Shown here: positions 1 through 8,012 of the stretch, piece after piece | Layout of the letters: each line of letters begins with the position of its first letter | Position numbering within the stretch: position 1 is the stretch's first letter | Sequence record: SRR22947725_1818 | Reading direction: 5' to 3' (one strand) | DNA: 20,000 bases | Translations under genes and position numbers: made by a program | Notes under the pieces: generated by a model | Databases searched by the model: none | What the model was told of the DNA's origin: nothing | What the model saw: the letters and a program-made list of their open reading frames with translations, nothing else

Positions 1-13
1 CTGAGGGGGAGCG

Positions 14-1030
14 TTACCGTTCGGGCAAGACGATTGGGACCTCGACAAGATTGACAGGGGCGCCGTCACGTGGGGAGTCTTCCCACATGATGATGGCGCC
101 GGGTCCGGGTTGGTACTCCGACGGGAAGTCCGATACATCGACCGCCACTTCGAAGATGCCCCAGGTCCCGTTGCCGCCGGTCGCTGTCGTGAAGCCCTCG
201 GTCATGAGCTCGCCGTCGTTGTCGCCGCTCGTAATGGCGTATCGGACTGTCGCTTCGAACGTGTTCGATTCTCCTCGAATCACCAGCGGGTTGGTGACCT
301 CAGCGCCAGGGGACGGCTGCTCGATCATGATGCTGGCCCGAACCTCCGCGAAACTGTCACGGGTCAGCCCTTCACCGACCACGAACCCGTGCGACAGGAT
401 TGGGTCGACCGCCGTGCCCTCGATGTGGAACTTCACTCGGTCGATTTCGTCGAACTGGGTGATGGTGAAGACGACCTGAGCCAGCCGAATCGTCTCGTCC
501 AGCGAGCCACTCGAGCTCGCGAATTCTGTCGAGAGGTCGACGGTTGCGGTCGCTCCGTCGCGGGCGATTCCGAGCACCTTCGTGCCGGGTGGAATGCTGG
601 TCGTCATTCTGATTGACCGCTCATCGGCGTTCAATCCGTTGAACAGCATCTCCAGGCTGCTGCGGACGGGGACGTCGGCGGCGACCTCACGTGTCCCCGC
701 GCCCAGACGTTCCGGGGAGCCAGCCGAAGGGTTCCGGACAGTCCAGCCCCAGTAGACGTTCGCAGAGGTCGTCGTGGCCGGCAGGGGAGTCGTCGCGGTC
801 GCCTCGGCGGTCGTCGTGGCGGGCAGGAGAGTCGTCGCGGTCGCCTCGGTGGTCGTCGTGGTGTCAATGGTGCTGGTGCTGGTGCTGCTCTCCGGTTCCG
901 CGCTGGGCACCGAAGGCGTCGATTCCGTCCCAACTTCGGCAGCGCCACCACACGAGACACCAAGACACCCCAGCCCGAACGCGACAGCGCCGACGATGAC
1001 GAGACTCTTCTGCGGCCATCTGGCGGGCAT
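14..1030 (-). CDS. Secreted lipoprotein with Thr/Ser-rich linker, GerMN domain and C-terminal Gmad2 Ig-like domain
   Basis: 338 aa. Hydrophobic N-terminus ending in lipobox-like GVSC; Thr-rich stalk; GerMN-like TTSIPPGTKVLGI...ATVDLSTEF...LAQVVFTITQFDEIDRVKFHIEG; Gmad2-like IEQPSPGAEV...IRGESNTFEATV...GTWGIF...EDSPRDG. AGGAGG SD upstream of the ATG. Confidence 0.85.
   Translation of the reverse strand: MPARWPQKSLVIVGAVAFGLGCLGVSCGGAAEVGTESTPSVPSAEPESSTSTSTIDTTTTTEATATTLLPATTTAEATATTPLPATTTSANVYWGWTVRNPSAGSPERLGAGTREVAADVPVRSSLEMLFNGLNADERSIRMTTSIPPGTKVLGIARDGATATVDLSTEFASSSGSLDETIRLAQVVFTITQFDEIDRVKFHIEGTAVDPILSHGFVVGEGLTRDSFAEVRASIMIEQPSPGAEVTNPLVIRGESNTFEATVRYAITSGDNDGELMTEGFTTATGGNGTWGIFEVAVDVSDFPSEYQPGPGAIIMWEDSPRDGAPVNLVEVPIVLPER
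767..861. repeat. 42-bp in-frame tandem repeat (2 full copies plus a partial)
   Basis: 767-808 and 809-850 match at 39/42 nt, then a partial third copy at 851-861. Encodes TEATATTLLPATTT / AEATATTPLPATTT in the lipoprotein linker. Confidence 0.9.
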
Positions 1031-1130
1031 CGTGCACCTCCTGATATCACCGTCGCGCCAACGCTGTCGCTGGCCCAGGGTCGAACGTCACGTGGTCACA
1101 TCGTCAGCTCGGAGGGCTGATGACAGGCGA

Positions 1131-2636
1131 TTAGGTGCGCTGGTAGTTCGGGGCTTCCTTGGTAATCGTCACGTCGTGCGGGTGGCTCTCTTGGCGGCCG
1201 GCGGTGGTGACCCGCATCATCTTGGCGCTGCGCAGCTGCGCCAGCGTCGCGGCCCCTGCGTAGCCCATGCCGGAGCGGAGGCCACCGACCAGCTGGTAGG
1301 CAACGTCACCGAGCGGGCCGGAGAACGGGACGCGACCCTCAATCCCTTCGGGCACGAGCTTCTGGCTCGCTGCACCGACTGCACTCTTCGAACTGGAGGA
1401 CTGGCCGGTGGCGTAACGGTCTTGGCTGTCGCCCGTCATCGCGCCCATCGAGCCCATGCCGCGGTAACTCTTGTATCGGCGGCCCTCGAACAGCTCCATC
1501 TCGCCCGGGCTCTCCTCAACTCCTGCAAGCAGGGATCCGAGCATGACCGTTTCAGCACCAGCAGTGATCGCCTTCACGATGTCGCCGGAGAACGTGATGC
1601 CGCCGTCGCCGATGATCGGGATGCCCATCTCCTTGGCGCGTTTTGAGGCGAAGTAGATCGCCGACAGCTGAGGCATTCCCGCGCCGGATACGACACGGGT
1701 CGTACAGATCGAGCCTGCACCCACGCCGACCTTGACCGCATCGGCGCCGGCCTTGGCCAACGCTTCTACACCATCTTCGGTCACCACGTTGCCGGCGGTG
1801 ACGGCAAGTTCAGGCCAGGAACCCTTCACCCGCTCGATGGTCTTGATCACGTTTGCCGAATGCCCGTGCGCCGTGTCGATCGACACCGCATCGACCCCCA
1901 TCGAAACCAACGCGTCGACGCGCTCTTCGACATCGGCGCCTACACCGATTGCCGCAGCGCAGCGGAGACGTCCCTTGCCATCGCGGGAAGCGTTCGGGAA
2001 ATCCAACCGCTTCTGGATGTCCTTCACCGTGATGAGGCCGGCCAGACAACCGACGCCGTCGACGAGCGGCAGCTTCTCGATGCGATGTTCCTGCAACAGC
2101 AACTTTGCCTCATCGAGGGACGTACCGACGGCGGCGGTGACTAAGCGGTCAGAGGTCATGAAGTCGGTCACTGGCCTGTCAAAGTCGGTCCCTTCGCAGA
2201 ACCGGATGTCACGGTTGGTCAGAATCCCCACGAGGTGACCCTCGTCGTCGGTGATCGGCACACCACTGAACTTGAACCGGTGCATCAACGCCTCGGCCTC
2301 ATGCAGCAGCGCAGTCGGTGGGAGCGTGACCGGGTCGGTGATCATGCCCGATTGGCTGCGCTTGACCTTCTGCACTTCAGACGCCTGATCAGCGATCGAC
2401 ATGTTGCGATGGATCACACCGATGCCGCCGTAGCGGGCCATGGCGATGGCCATCCGGCCCTCGGTCACCTTGTCCATCGCTGCGGACACAAGGGGCACGG
2501 CCAGTTCGATGTCGCCGGCGAACGTCGCGGTCGTATCGACCTCGTCGGGCAAGGTTTCGGAAAACCCAGGGATGACGACGACGTCGTCGAACGTCAGCGC
2601 CTCAAATCGGTCGAAGAGATCGTCGTTGATACTCAT
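1131..2636 (-). CDS. guaB: IMP dehydrogenase with CBS pair
   Basis: 501 aa. [26 protein letters not shown] domains ([15 protein letters not shown]), IDTAHGHS, catalytic loop GSICTTR, YRGMGS, flap DRY and PEGIEG, ESHPHDV...EAPNY. SD AGAGGA upstream. Confidence 0.97.
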   Translation of the reverse strand: MSINDDLFDRFEALTFDDVVVIPGFSETLPDEVDTTATFAGDIELAVPLVSAAMDKVTEGRMAIAMARYGGIGVIHRNMSIADQASEVQKVKRSQSGMITDPVTLPPTALLHEAEALMHRFKFSGVPITDDEGHLVGILTNRDIRFCEGTDFDRPVTDFMTSDRLVTAAVGTSLDEAKLLLQEHRIEKLPLVDGVGCLAGLITVKDIQKRLDFPNASRDGKGRLRCAAAIGVGADVEERVDALVSMGVDAVSIDTAHGHSANVIKTIERVKGSWPELAVTAGNVVTEDGVEALAKAGADAVKVGVGAGSICTTRVVSGAGMPQLSAIYFASKRAKEMGIPIIGDGGITFSGDIVKAITAGAETVMLGSLLAGVEESPGEMELFEGRRYKSYRGMGSMGAMTGDSQDRYATGQSSSSKSAVGAASQKLVPEGIEGRVPFSGPLGDVAYQLVGGLRSGMGYAGAATLAQLRSAKMMRVTTAGRQESHPHDVTITKEAPNYQRT

Positions 2637-2662
2637 GGTTGATCCTCTGATAGATGTTGATG

Positions 2663-3349
2663 TCAGGTCAAGGGGGGAGTGGGCGCTGCTGTTTCCAGTG
2701 TGACAGCACGGTGCAAGTCGTCAATGTCGGTGAAGCGGCGCGAGCACAGGTTCGCCATGACGCCGACGAGGAGGCGGTGCTCGATGGCATGCACCGCAGT
2801 CTCGAATTCTTCGATGGAGCGAGTCGTGTCGATCGGTACTGCCTCGGTGGCGAGCAGTGGGCCGTCGTCGACACCTTCGTCGGGAACGAAGTGAACCATC
2901 ACGCCCGACTCGGTTCGAGTACCCGCAACCGCTTCGTCCCAGGCACGCTCGATCGCGCGCAGCCCAGGCAACTCACCTGGCTGAGCTGGGTGCAGGTTGA
3001 CCACTCGACCGGGAAACCAGCCCAAGAAGCTCATCGTGAGAATTCGCATCCAGCCAGCCAGCACGATGAAGTCGGGATCGAACCCGGCGACCAACTCGGT
3101 GAGCCGGGCGTCGTAGTCCGGCCGGTCTTCACCCGAACGCATGCCAATACGAACAGCGGGTACACCTGCGGCGTCGGCGCGCTGCAGTGCAAACACGTCC
3201 GCCTTGTTTGACACCACCGCAACCACCCGGCCATTGATCCGGCCGTCAGCACACGCGTCGAGGATGGCCTGCAGGTTGGATCCGTTGCCGGACACCATCA
3301 CCACCAACCGCTGTTCGCGAACAGGACGTTCCGGCTGCTCGCCAATCAT
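2663..3349 (-). CDS. purN: Phosphoribosylglycinamide formyltransferase (GAR transformylase)
   Basis: VSGNGSNLQA, LAGWMRIL, NLHP, GVMVHFV..VDDGP. Start reassigned from 3412 to the ATG at 3349, which forms an ATGA overlap with the upstream stop and has GAAAGAG upstream (228 aa). Confidence 0.93.
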   Translation of the reverse strand: MIGEQPERPVREQRLVVMVSGNGSNLQAILDACADGRINGRVVAVVSNKADVFALQRADAAGVPAVRIGMRSGEDRPDYDARLTELVAGFDPDFIVLAGWMRILTMSFLGWFPGRVVNLHPAQPGELPGLRAIERAWDEAVAGTRTESGVMVHFVPDEGVDDGPLLATEAVPIDTTRSIEEFETAVHAIEHRLLVGVMANLCSRRFTDIDDLHRAVTLETAAPTPPLT

Positions 3350-5550
3350 GACAACACCACTCTTTCGTTCGTCGAGCCCGGCGTTCGGTCGGTCAGTTCG
3401 CCGATGACCCACGTGGTCTCGGCGATCGATGCTTGCACTACGGCTGTCTGGTCAGGAGCGCACACGACAACCATGCCGACGCCCATGTTGAGGGTCCGGT
3501 ACAACTCGACGGTGTCCATCTGCGGAGTCAGCTCGCGGACAAGCTGGAAGAGGGGTGGCACGGGCCAGGAACCCAACGTGATGTTTGCATCGACATTGTC
3601 GGGCAGCACCCGCGGCAGGTTCTCGGGGAGTCCGCCGCCCGTGATGTGGGCCAATGCCTTCACGGCGCCCGTCTCGAACGTGGGTGTCAGGAGATCGAGA
3701 TACGAGCGGTGAGGTTCGAGCAGGGTCTCGCCGAGAGGACGGTCGAAGCCGTCGGGCGCCACATCCATCGGGGCCCACTCAAAGATCTTGCGCAACATCG
3801 AATAGCCATTCGTATGCGGCCCACTCGATGCAATGCCGATGAGAACGTCCCCTGCGGCAACATCGTCGCGCGGGAGCAACTCGGACCGCTCGGCAACACC
3901 GATCAGCGTGCCGGCGATATCGAACGAGCCGGGCTGATAGACGCCTGGCATCTCGGCGGTCTCGCCCCCGAGCAATGCACACCCAGCGGCTTTGCACGCG
4001 TCAGCCATCCCGCCGACAACCTCGGCCACCAGGTCGGCGTCGAGGACGCTCGCCGCGATGTAGTCCAGAAAGAACAGCGGTCGGGCCGACTGCACCAGGA
4101 CGTCGTCAATGCAGTGGTTGACGATGTCCATGCCGACGCCGCGGACCATGCCCAAGCGCGCGGCCAACTCGACCTTGGTGCCCACCCCGTCGGTGGAGGC
4201 CACCAGCACCGGCTGATCCATTGCCTGAATACCCGCAGCGGAAAACACGCCGCCGAAGCTGCCGACGCCCTTGAGGACGCCCTCACCGGGCGTGTCGTGA
4301 GTGGCTTCGACGGCGGCCTTCATCTCGTCAACGGCGCGTGTGCCCTCGTCGATGTCGACGCCGGCCGCGGCATAGCTGGCAAGGCCCGCACCGGGCGCCC
4401 GCCACGCAATGTCGCGTCGCACCTGCATGCCGTCGAACGTGATCCTTGCCATCCGGCCGTAGGCCCGATCGCGAGCAGCGCCCAGATCGGTGCCCAGTCC
4501 GGTGACGGCCAAGACGCGACCCCCCGATGTCTTTCCATCGGCGCCGACTCCCGCATCAAAGCGATAGGTGCCCTCCACGTCACCGCGATCAATGATCGAG
4601 TGTCCAGTGCCAGGGTCGTCTGGATAGCCAGGCGATGCTGCAACAACGGTGACCGCTGACTGGGTCGAAATTCGCAGTGGCACACTGCCCACATCGCCTT
4701 GCGTGCAGGCGAGCGCCAATTCCGCGAGGTCGGTCTCGAGGAGAGGCAACACCGTTTGCGCCTCAGGGTCGCCGAAGCGCACGTTGTACTCAATGAGGCG
4801 CGGACCGTCGGGGGTGAGCATGAGTCCCGCGAAGATCACGCCCACGTAGGGGGTGCCCTTGGCAGCGAAGTGGTCGAGTACTGGTTGTACGAACTCGGCG
4901 ATCAGTTCATCACCACTGAACGGAACTGGTGCGGGCGCATAGGCGCCCATGCCGCCGGTGTTGGGTCCGGTGTCGCCCTCACCAATGCGTTTGTGATCCT
5001 GTGCCAAGGGCAGCGCAACAGCAGCCGTGCCGTCACACAGCGCGAGTAGTGAACACTCGGGCCCGCGCAACCGCTCCTCCAGCAGGAATGGTCCGGTCGA
5101 CGCAGCATCGGCAATGGCCTGCCGTGTCTCGGTATCGCTGTCGGGAACTGCAACGCCCTTACCGGCAGCCAAACCATCGAGTTTGACGACGACGGGTGCA
5201 TCCAAATCGGCCCACCAGGCGAGTGCGGCGTCCTCTCGGTCGTTGCCCTCAAACCGGGCAAAGGCCGGGCCGGCAATACCCAGTTCGGTTGCCAGATCGC
5301 GGGCGAATCCCTTTGAGGCTTCCAACTGCGCCAGTTCGGCTGTCGGTCCAAACGACGGGATGCCTCGCTCAGTTGCGAGATCAGTCATGCCCGCAACCAG
5401 CGCGGCTTCCGGGCCGGGAATCACCAGATCGGTGTCATTTGTGCTTGCGTCGTCGAGACCAGAGGCCAACCGAACGTCATGCCCATGCTGTCGACAGGCC
5501 CAGGCAATCGCCTGCTCGCGGCCGCCGCCGCCAATCACCAAGATGCGCAT
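3346..5550 (-). CDS. purD/purM: Bifunctional GAR synthetase / AIR synthetase (PurD-PurM fusion)
   Basis: 734 aa single ORF. Residues ~1-385 are PurD (GGGGRE, GPEAALVAG, LEASK, KLDGLAAGKGV, QDHKRIGEGDTGPNTGGMGAY, EYNVRFGDPE, GGRVL, RRDIA). Residues ~390-734 are PurM (SYAAAGVD, STDGVGTK, PLFFLDY, GGETAEMPG, SSGPHTNGYS, AHITGGG, NMGVGM). Confidence 0.95.
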   Translation of the reverse strand: MRILVIGGGGREQAIAWACRQHGHDVRLASGLDDASTNDTDLVIPGPEAALVAGMTDLATERGIPSFGPTAELAQLEASKGFARDLATELGIAGPAFARFEGNDREDAALAWWADLDAPVVVKLDGLAAGKGVAVPDSDTETRQAIADAASTGPFLLEERLRGPECSLLALCDGTAAVALPLAQDHKRIGEGDTGPNTGGMGAYAPAPVPFSGDELIAEFVQPVLDHFAAKGTPYVGVIFAGLMLTPDGPRLIEYNVRFGDPEAQTVLPLLETDLAELALACTQGDVGSVPLRISTQSAVTVVAASPGYPDDPGTGHSIIDRGDVEGTYRFDAGVGADGKTSGGRVLAVTGLGTDLGAARDRAYGRMARITFDGMQVRRDIAWRAPGAGLASYAAAGVDIDEGTRAVDEMKAAVEATHDTPGEGVLKGVGSFGGVFSAAGIQAMDQPVLVASTDGVGTKVELAARLGMVRGVGMDIVNHCIDDVLVQSARPLFFLDYIAASVLDADLVAEVVGGMADACKAAGCALLGGETAEMPGVYQPGSFDIAGTLIGVAERSELLPRDDVAAGDVLIGIASSGPHTNGYSMLRKIFEWAPMDVAPDGFDRPLGETLLEPHRSYLDLLTPTFETGAVKALAHITGGGLPENLPRVLPDNVDANITLGSWPVPPLFQLVRELTPQMDTVELYRTLNMGVGMVVVCAPDQTAVVQASIAETTWVIGELTDRTPGSTNERVVLS

Positions 5551-7061
5551 CAGGCGATCACTCCCTCGAACGCCAGCTTGGCCTGCGCATCACCGACAGC
5601 GAGCGGGTAGTCGCCCGTGAAGCATGCGTTGCAGTACCCCTCGCCGGACTCGGTGTCGTTGACGGCTCGCATCATCCCTTCCAGCGACAGGAAGGCAAGG
5701 CTGTCGGCACCGATGTGCTCTTGAATCTCAGCGACCGAGAGTCGTGCGGCCATCAGGTCGTTGTCGTGGCCCATGTCGACGCCGAAGTGGCAGGCATGCT
5801 TGATCGGCGGACACGTGATGCGCATATGCACTTCGCTCGCCCCAGCGTCTCGAACCAACTTCACGAGCGGACCGGCGGTCGTGCCACGGACGAGCGAATC
5901 GTCGATCATGATCACCCGCTTCCCCTTGAGGTTTTCGCTCAGCGCATTGAACTTCAGCGCGACACCGCGTTCGCGGATGTCCTGCGTGGGTTCGATGAAC
6001 GTGCGGCCGATGTACCGATTCTTGATCAGCCCATCGTTGAACGGCAGTCCACTCTCCCGTGCGAAGCCGATCGCGGCAGGAATCGACGAGTCGGGTACGG
6101 GAATGACGACATCGGCATCGACCATCGATTCCCTCGCCAGCTCGATACCCAGCCGCTGCCGCGCGTGGTGCACGCTCTTGCCATCCCACACAGAGTCGGG
6201 ACGCGAGAAGTAGACGAACTCGAACGTGCAGCGCGCACCTTTGGGTTGGGGCGCCAGCACCTGGGTCCGCTCGATCTCGCTGCCGCGCAACGTGACCATT
6301 TCGCCGGGTTTGACCTCGTCGATGTCCACGCAGCCCAGCGTTGACAGTGCACAGGTCTCGCTTGCGACGGCATGGCCGCCATGAGGGAGGCGTCCGACGC
6401 TCAGCGGACGGAAACCCCATGGGTCGCGCACGGCAATGACCTGGTCGGCCGCCAGAATGACCAGGGAGTACGCGCCTTTCCAGGCAGGCAACGTTCGCTC
6501 GATCCGCTCCTGCCAAGTCTGCCCGCCAGCAGCAGCGAGCATCAGCGTGAACACCTCGGTATCGCTGGTGGCCGTCAGGCCGAACCCCTTGTTCAGTAAC
6601 TCGTCACGCAATGCCGTCGCGTTGACCAGGTTGCCGTTGTGGGCCACCGACAGCGGCCCGTGCATGGTCTCGACGAGGAACGGCTGGATGTTGCGCTCGG
6701 CATTTGACCCCGTGGTGCTGTAGCGGGTGTGCCCGATGGCGTGGTAGCCGGTCAAGGGTGCGAGCGCCTCGGGCGTGAACACCGTGGAGACGAGACCCGC
6801 TTCTTTATGCAACCGTGACCGTTTGCCGTCACTCACCGCAATACCTGCGGCCTCCTGTCCTCGATGCTGCAACGCAAACAGCCCGAAGAACGCCAGCTGC
6901 GCGACGCCCTCTCCGTGCGGCGTCGACAGACCGAGGACGCCGCACTCGTCGCGTGGCTTGTCGCTGATGCGCACCGGCGTTTCCGTTGTTTGCGTACCCA
7001 GGAGGTGTCGTCCGCGACCCGTGCCGGGTACGCAAACGGATGTGTGGGGTGTTGTGTTCAT
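5550..7061 (-). CDS. purF: Amidophosphoribosyltransferase, Fe-S type with propeptide
   Basis: DECGV (catalytic Cys), LQHRGQEAAGI, GHTRYST, AHNGNL, SDTE, RDPWGFRPL, VPDSS, PRPP loop IDDSLVRGTT, Fe-S cysteines CTFE / CHFGVD / CNACF. Start is either the ATG at 7061 (ATGA overlap with purC) or the GTG at 6974. The stop overlaps the purD start (TGATG). Confidence 0.96.
   Translation of the reverse strand: MNTTPHTSVCVPGTGRGRHLLGTQTTETPVRISDKPRDECGVLGLSTPHGEGVAQLAFFGLFALQHRGQEAAGIAVSDGKRSRLHKEAGLVSTVFTPEALAPLTGYHAIGHTRYSTTGSNAERNIQPFLVETMHGPLSVAHNGNLVNATALRDELLNKGFGLTATSDTEVFTLMLAAAGGQTWQERIERTLPAWKGAYSLVILAADQVIAVRDPWGFRPLSVGRLPHGGHAVASETCALSTLGCVDIDEVKPGEMVTLRGSEIERTQVLAPQPKGARCTFEFVYFSRPDSVWDGKSVHHARQRLGIELARESMVDADVVIPVPDSSIPAAIGFARESGLPFNDGLIKNRYIGRTFIEPTQDIRERGVALKFNALSENLKGKRVIMIDDSLVRGTTAGPLVKLVRDAGASEVHMRITCPPIKHACHFGVDMGHDNDLMAARLSVAEIQEHIGADSLAFLSLEGMMRAVNDTESGEGYCNACFTGDYPLAVGDAQAKLAFEGVIA
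6982..7040. repeat. Inverted repeat / stem-loop at the purC-purF junction
   Basis: Perfect 12-bp arms GTTTGCGTACCC (6988-6999) and GGGTACGCAAAC (7026-7037), extendable by TCC/GGA across a 3-nt bulge. The 26-nt loop contains an inner GTCG-TCCG-CGAC hairpin. Confidence 0.8.
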
Positions 7062-8008
7062 GCAGGAATCTCCAGTGCGCTGACTGCGTCAATGATGCGT
7101 TGTTCGGCGGGATAAGTGGCCCGTTCGAAGGCGAGCCCCGTGAGGCGCTCGTAGGTCTCGATGTAGCGAGCGCTTGTCTGCTCCCACACCTCGGCGGGCA
7201 GCTCAGGGACATCGCCTTCGCCGGTGTAGCCGACGTCGGCCAGGGCCCGGCGGACGACTTCTTTGTCGAGGCTCTGCGGCTCCAGGCCGGCGGCCAACTG
7301 CTCCTCGTACGTCTCGGCGACCCAGTATCGCGAGGAGTCGGGCGTGTGGACCTCGTCGATCAGCATCACGGCGCCAGCTGCGTCGAGGCCGAACTCGTAC
7401 TTCGTGTCGGCCAAAATGAGCCCGCCAGCCGCTGCTCGTTCGCGGCCACGTTCGAACACCGCAAGTGCTGCTGTGCCAACCTGATCCCAGACATCACGAT
7501 CGACGTGGCCCTCGGCAACAACGTCCTGAATGTCGAGTGGAACGTCGTGCTCGCCGAAGTCGCCCTTGGTGGTGGGCGTGATGATGGGCTCGGGCAATGC
7601 GGTGTTCTTGGCTAAACCATCGGGGAACTCATGGCCGTAGATGTTGCGAGCACCCGCCGCGTACTGCGTCCACAACGCCGTGTCGGTGACTCCACTGATG
7701 TGTCCACGGACGACGACCTCAACGCTGAGTGGAGCGGCCTCGCGGGCAACAAGGACGTTCGGATCGGGCAGCGACACGACATGATTCGGCACGATGTCGG
7801 CGGTTTGCTCGAACCACCAGGCCGCCAGTTGGTTCAACACCTGGCCCTTGTAGGGCACCCGGGCGATGATCCGATCGAATGCAGACAACCGGTCCGTGGT
7901 GACGAAGAGCCGCTGCCCTGAGCCGAACGCGTACGAAACGCGCACCTTGCCGAGCCGGCGATCATGGAGTGGTAACTCGATGCTGTCGAACGGCTCGGGG
8001 AGTGTCAC
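7058..8008 (-). CDS. purC: SAICAR synthetase, long type
   Basis: GKVR, TTDRLSAFD, PYKGQVLNQ, EVVVRG, TPTTKG, ADTKYEFG, DEVHTPDSSRYW, SLDKEVVR. Start reassigned from 8083 (inside purQ) to the GTG at 8008, 4 nt after the purQ stop, with AAGGGA upstream (316 aa). Confidence 0.95.
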   Translation of the reverse strand: MTLPEPFDSIELPLHDRRLGKVRVSYAFGSGQRLFVTTDRLSAFDRIIARVPYKGQVLNQLAAWWFEQTADIVPNHVVSLPDPNVLVAREAAPLSVEVVVRGHISGVTDTALWTQYAAGARNIYGHEFPDGLAKNTALPEPIITPTTKGDFGEHDVPLDIQDVVAEGHVDRDVWDQVGTAALAVFERGRERAAAGGLILADTKYEFGLDAAGAVMLIDEVHTPDSSRYWVAETYEEQLAAGLEPQSLDKEVVRRALADVGYTGEGDVPELPAEVWEQTSARYIETYERLTGLAFERATYPAEQRIIDAVSALEIPA

Positions 8009-8012
8009 GTGC

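Noticed and set aside
767-861. Repeats here and at 19935-20000 as a CRISPR array or mobile-element ends
   Set aside because: Contiguous in-frame coding repeats without unique spacers; no cas, integrase or transposase genes in the window.
1031-1130. Riboswitch or intrinsic terminator between guaB and the lipoprotein gene
   Set aside because: Only an imperfect 8-bp stem (1101-1108 / 1116-1123) with a mismatch on the transcribed strand and no U-tract; no ZTP or purine riboswitch consensus recognised.
3346-3420. Programmed -1 frameshift producing PurD-PurM-PurN
   Set aside because: No X XXY YYZ slippery heptamer in the overlap. The CGA AAG hexamer present lies in the purN frame, not the upstream frame, and is better explained as part of the purN SD.
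3433-6344. Long antisense ORFs (3433-4659, 5196-6344; also 774-1646, 10391-11251, 13721-14821)
   Set aside because: Shadow frames of well-supported genes, expected in high-GC DNA; no recognisable motifs.
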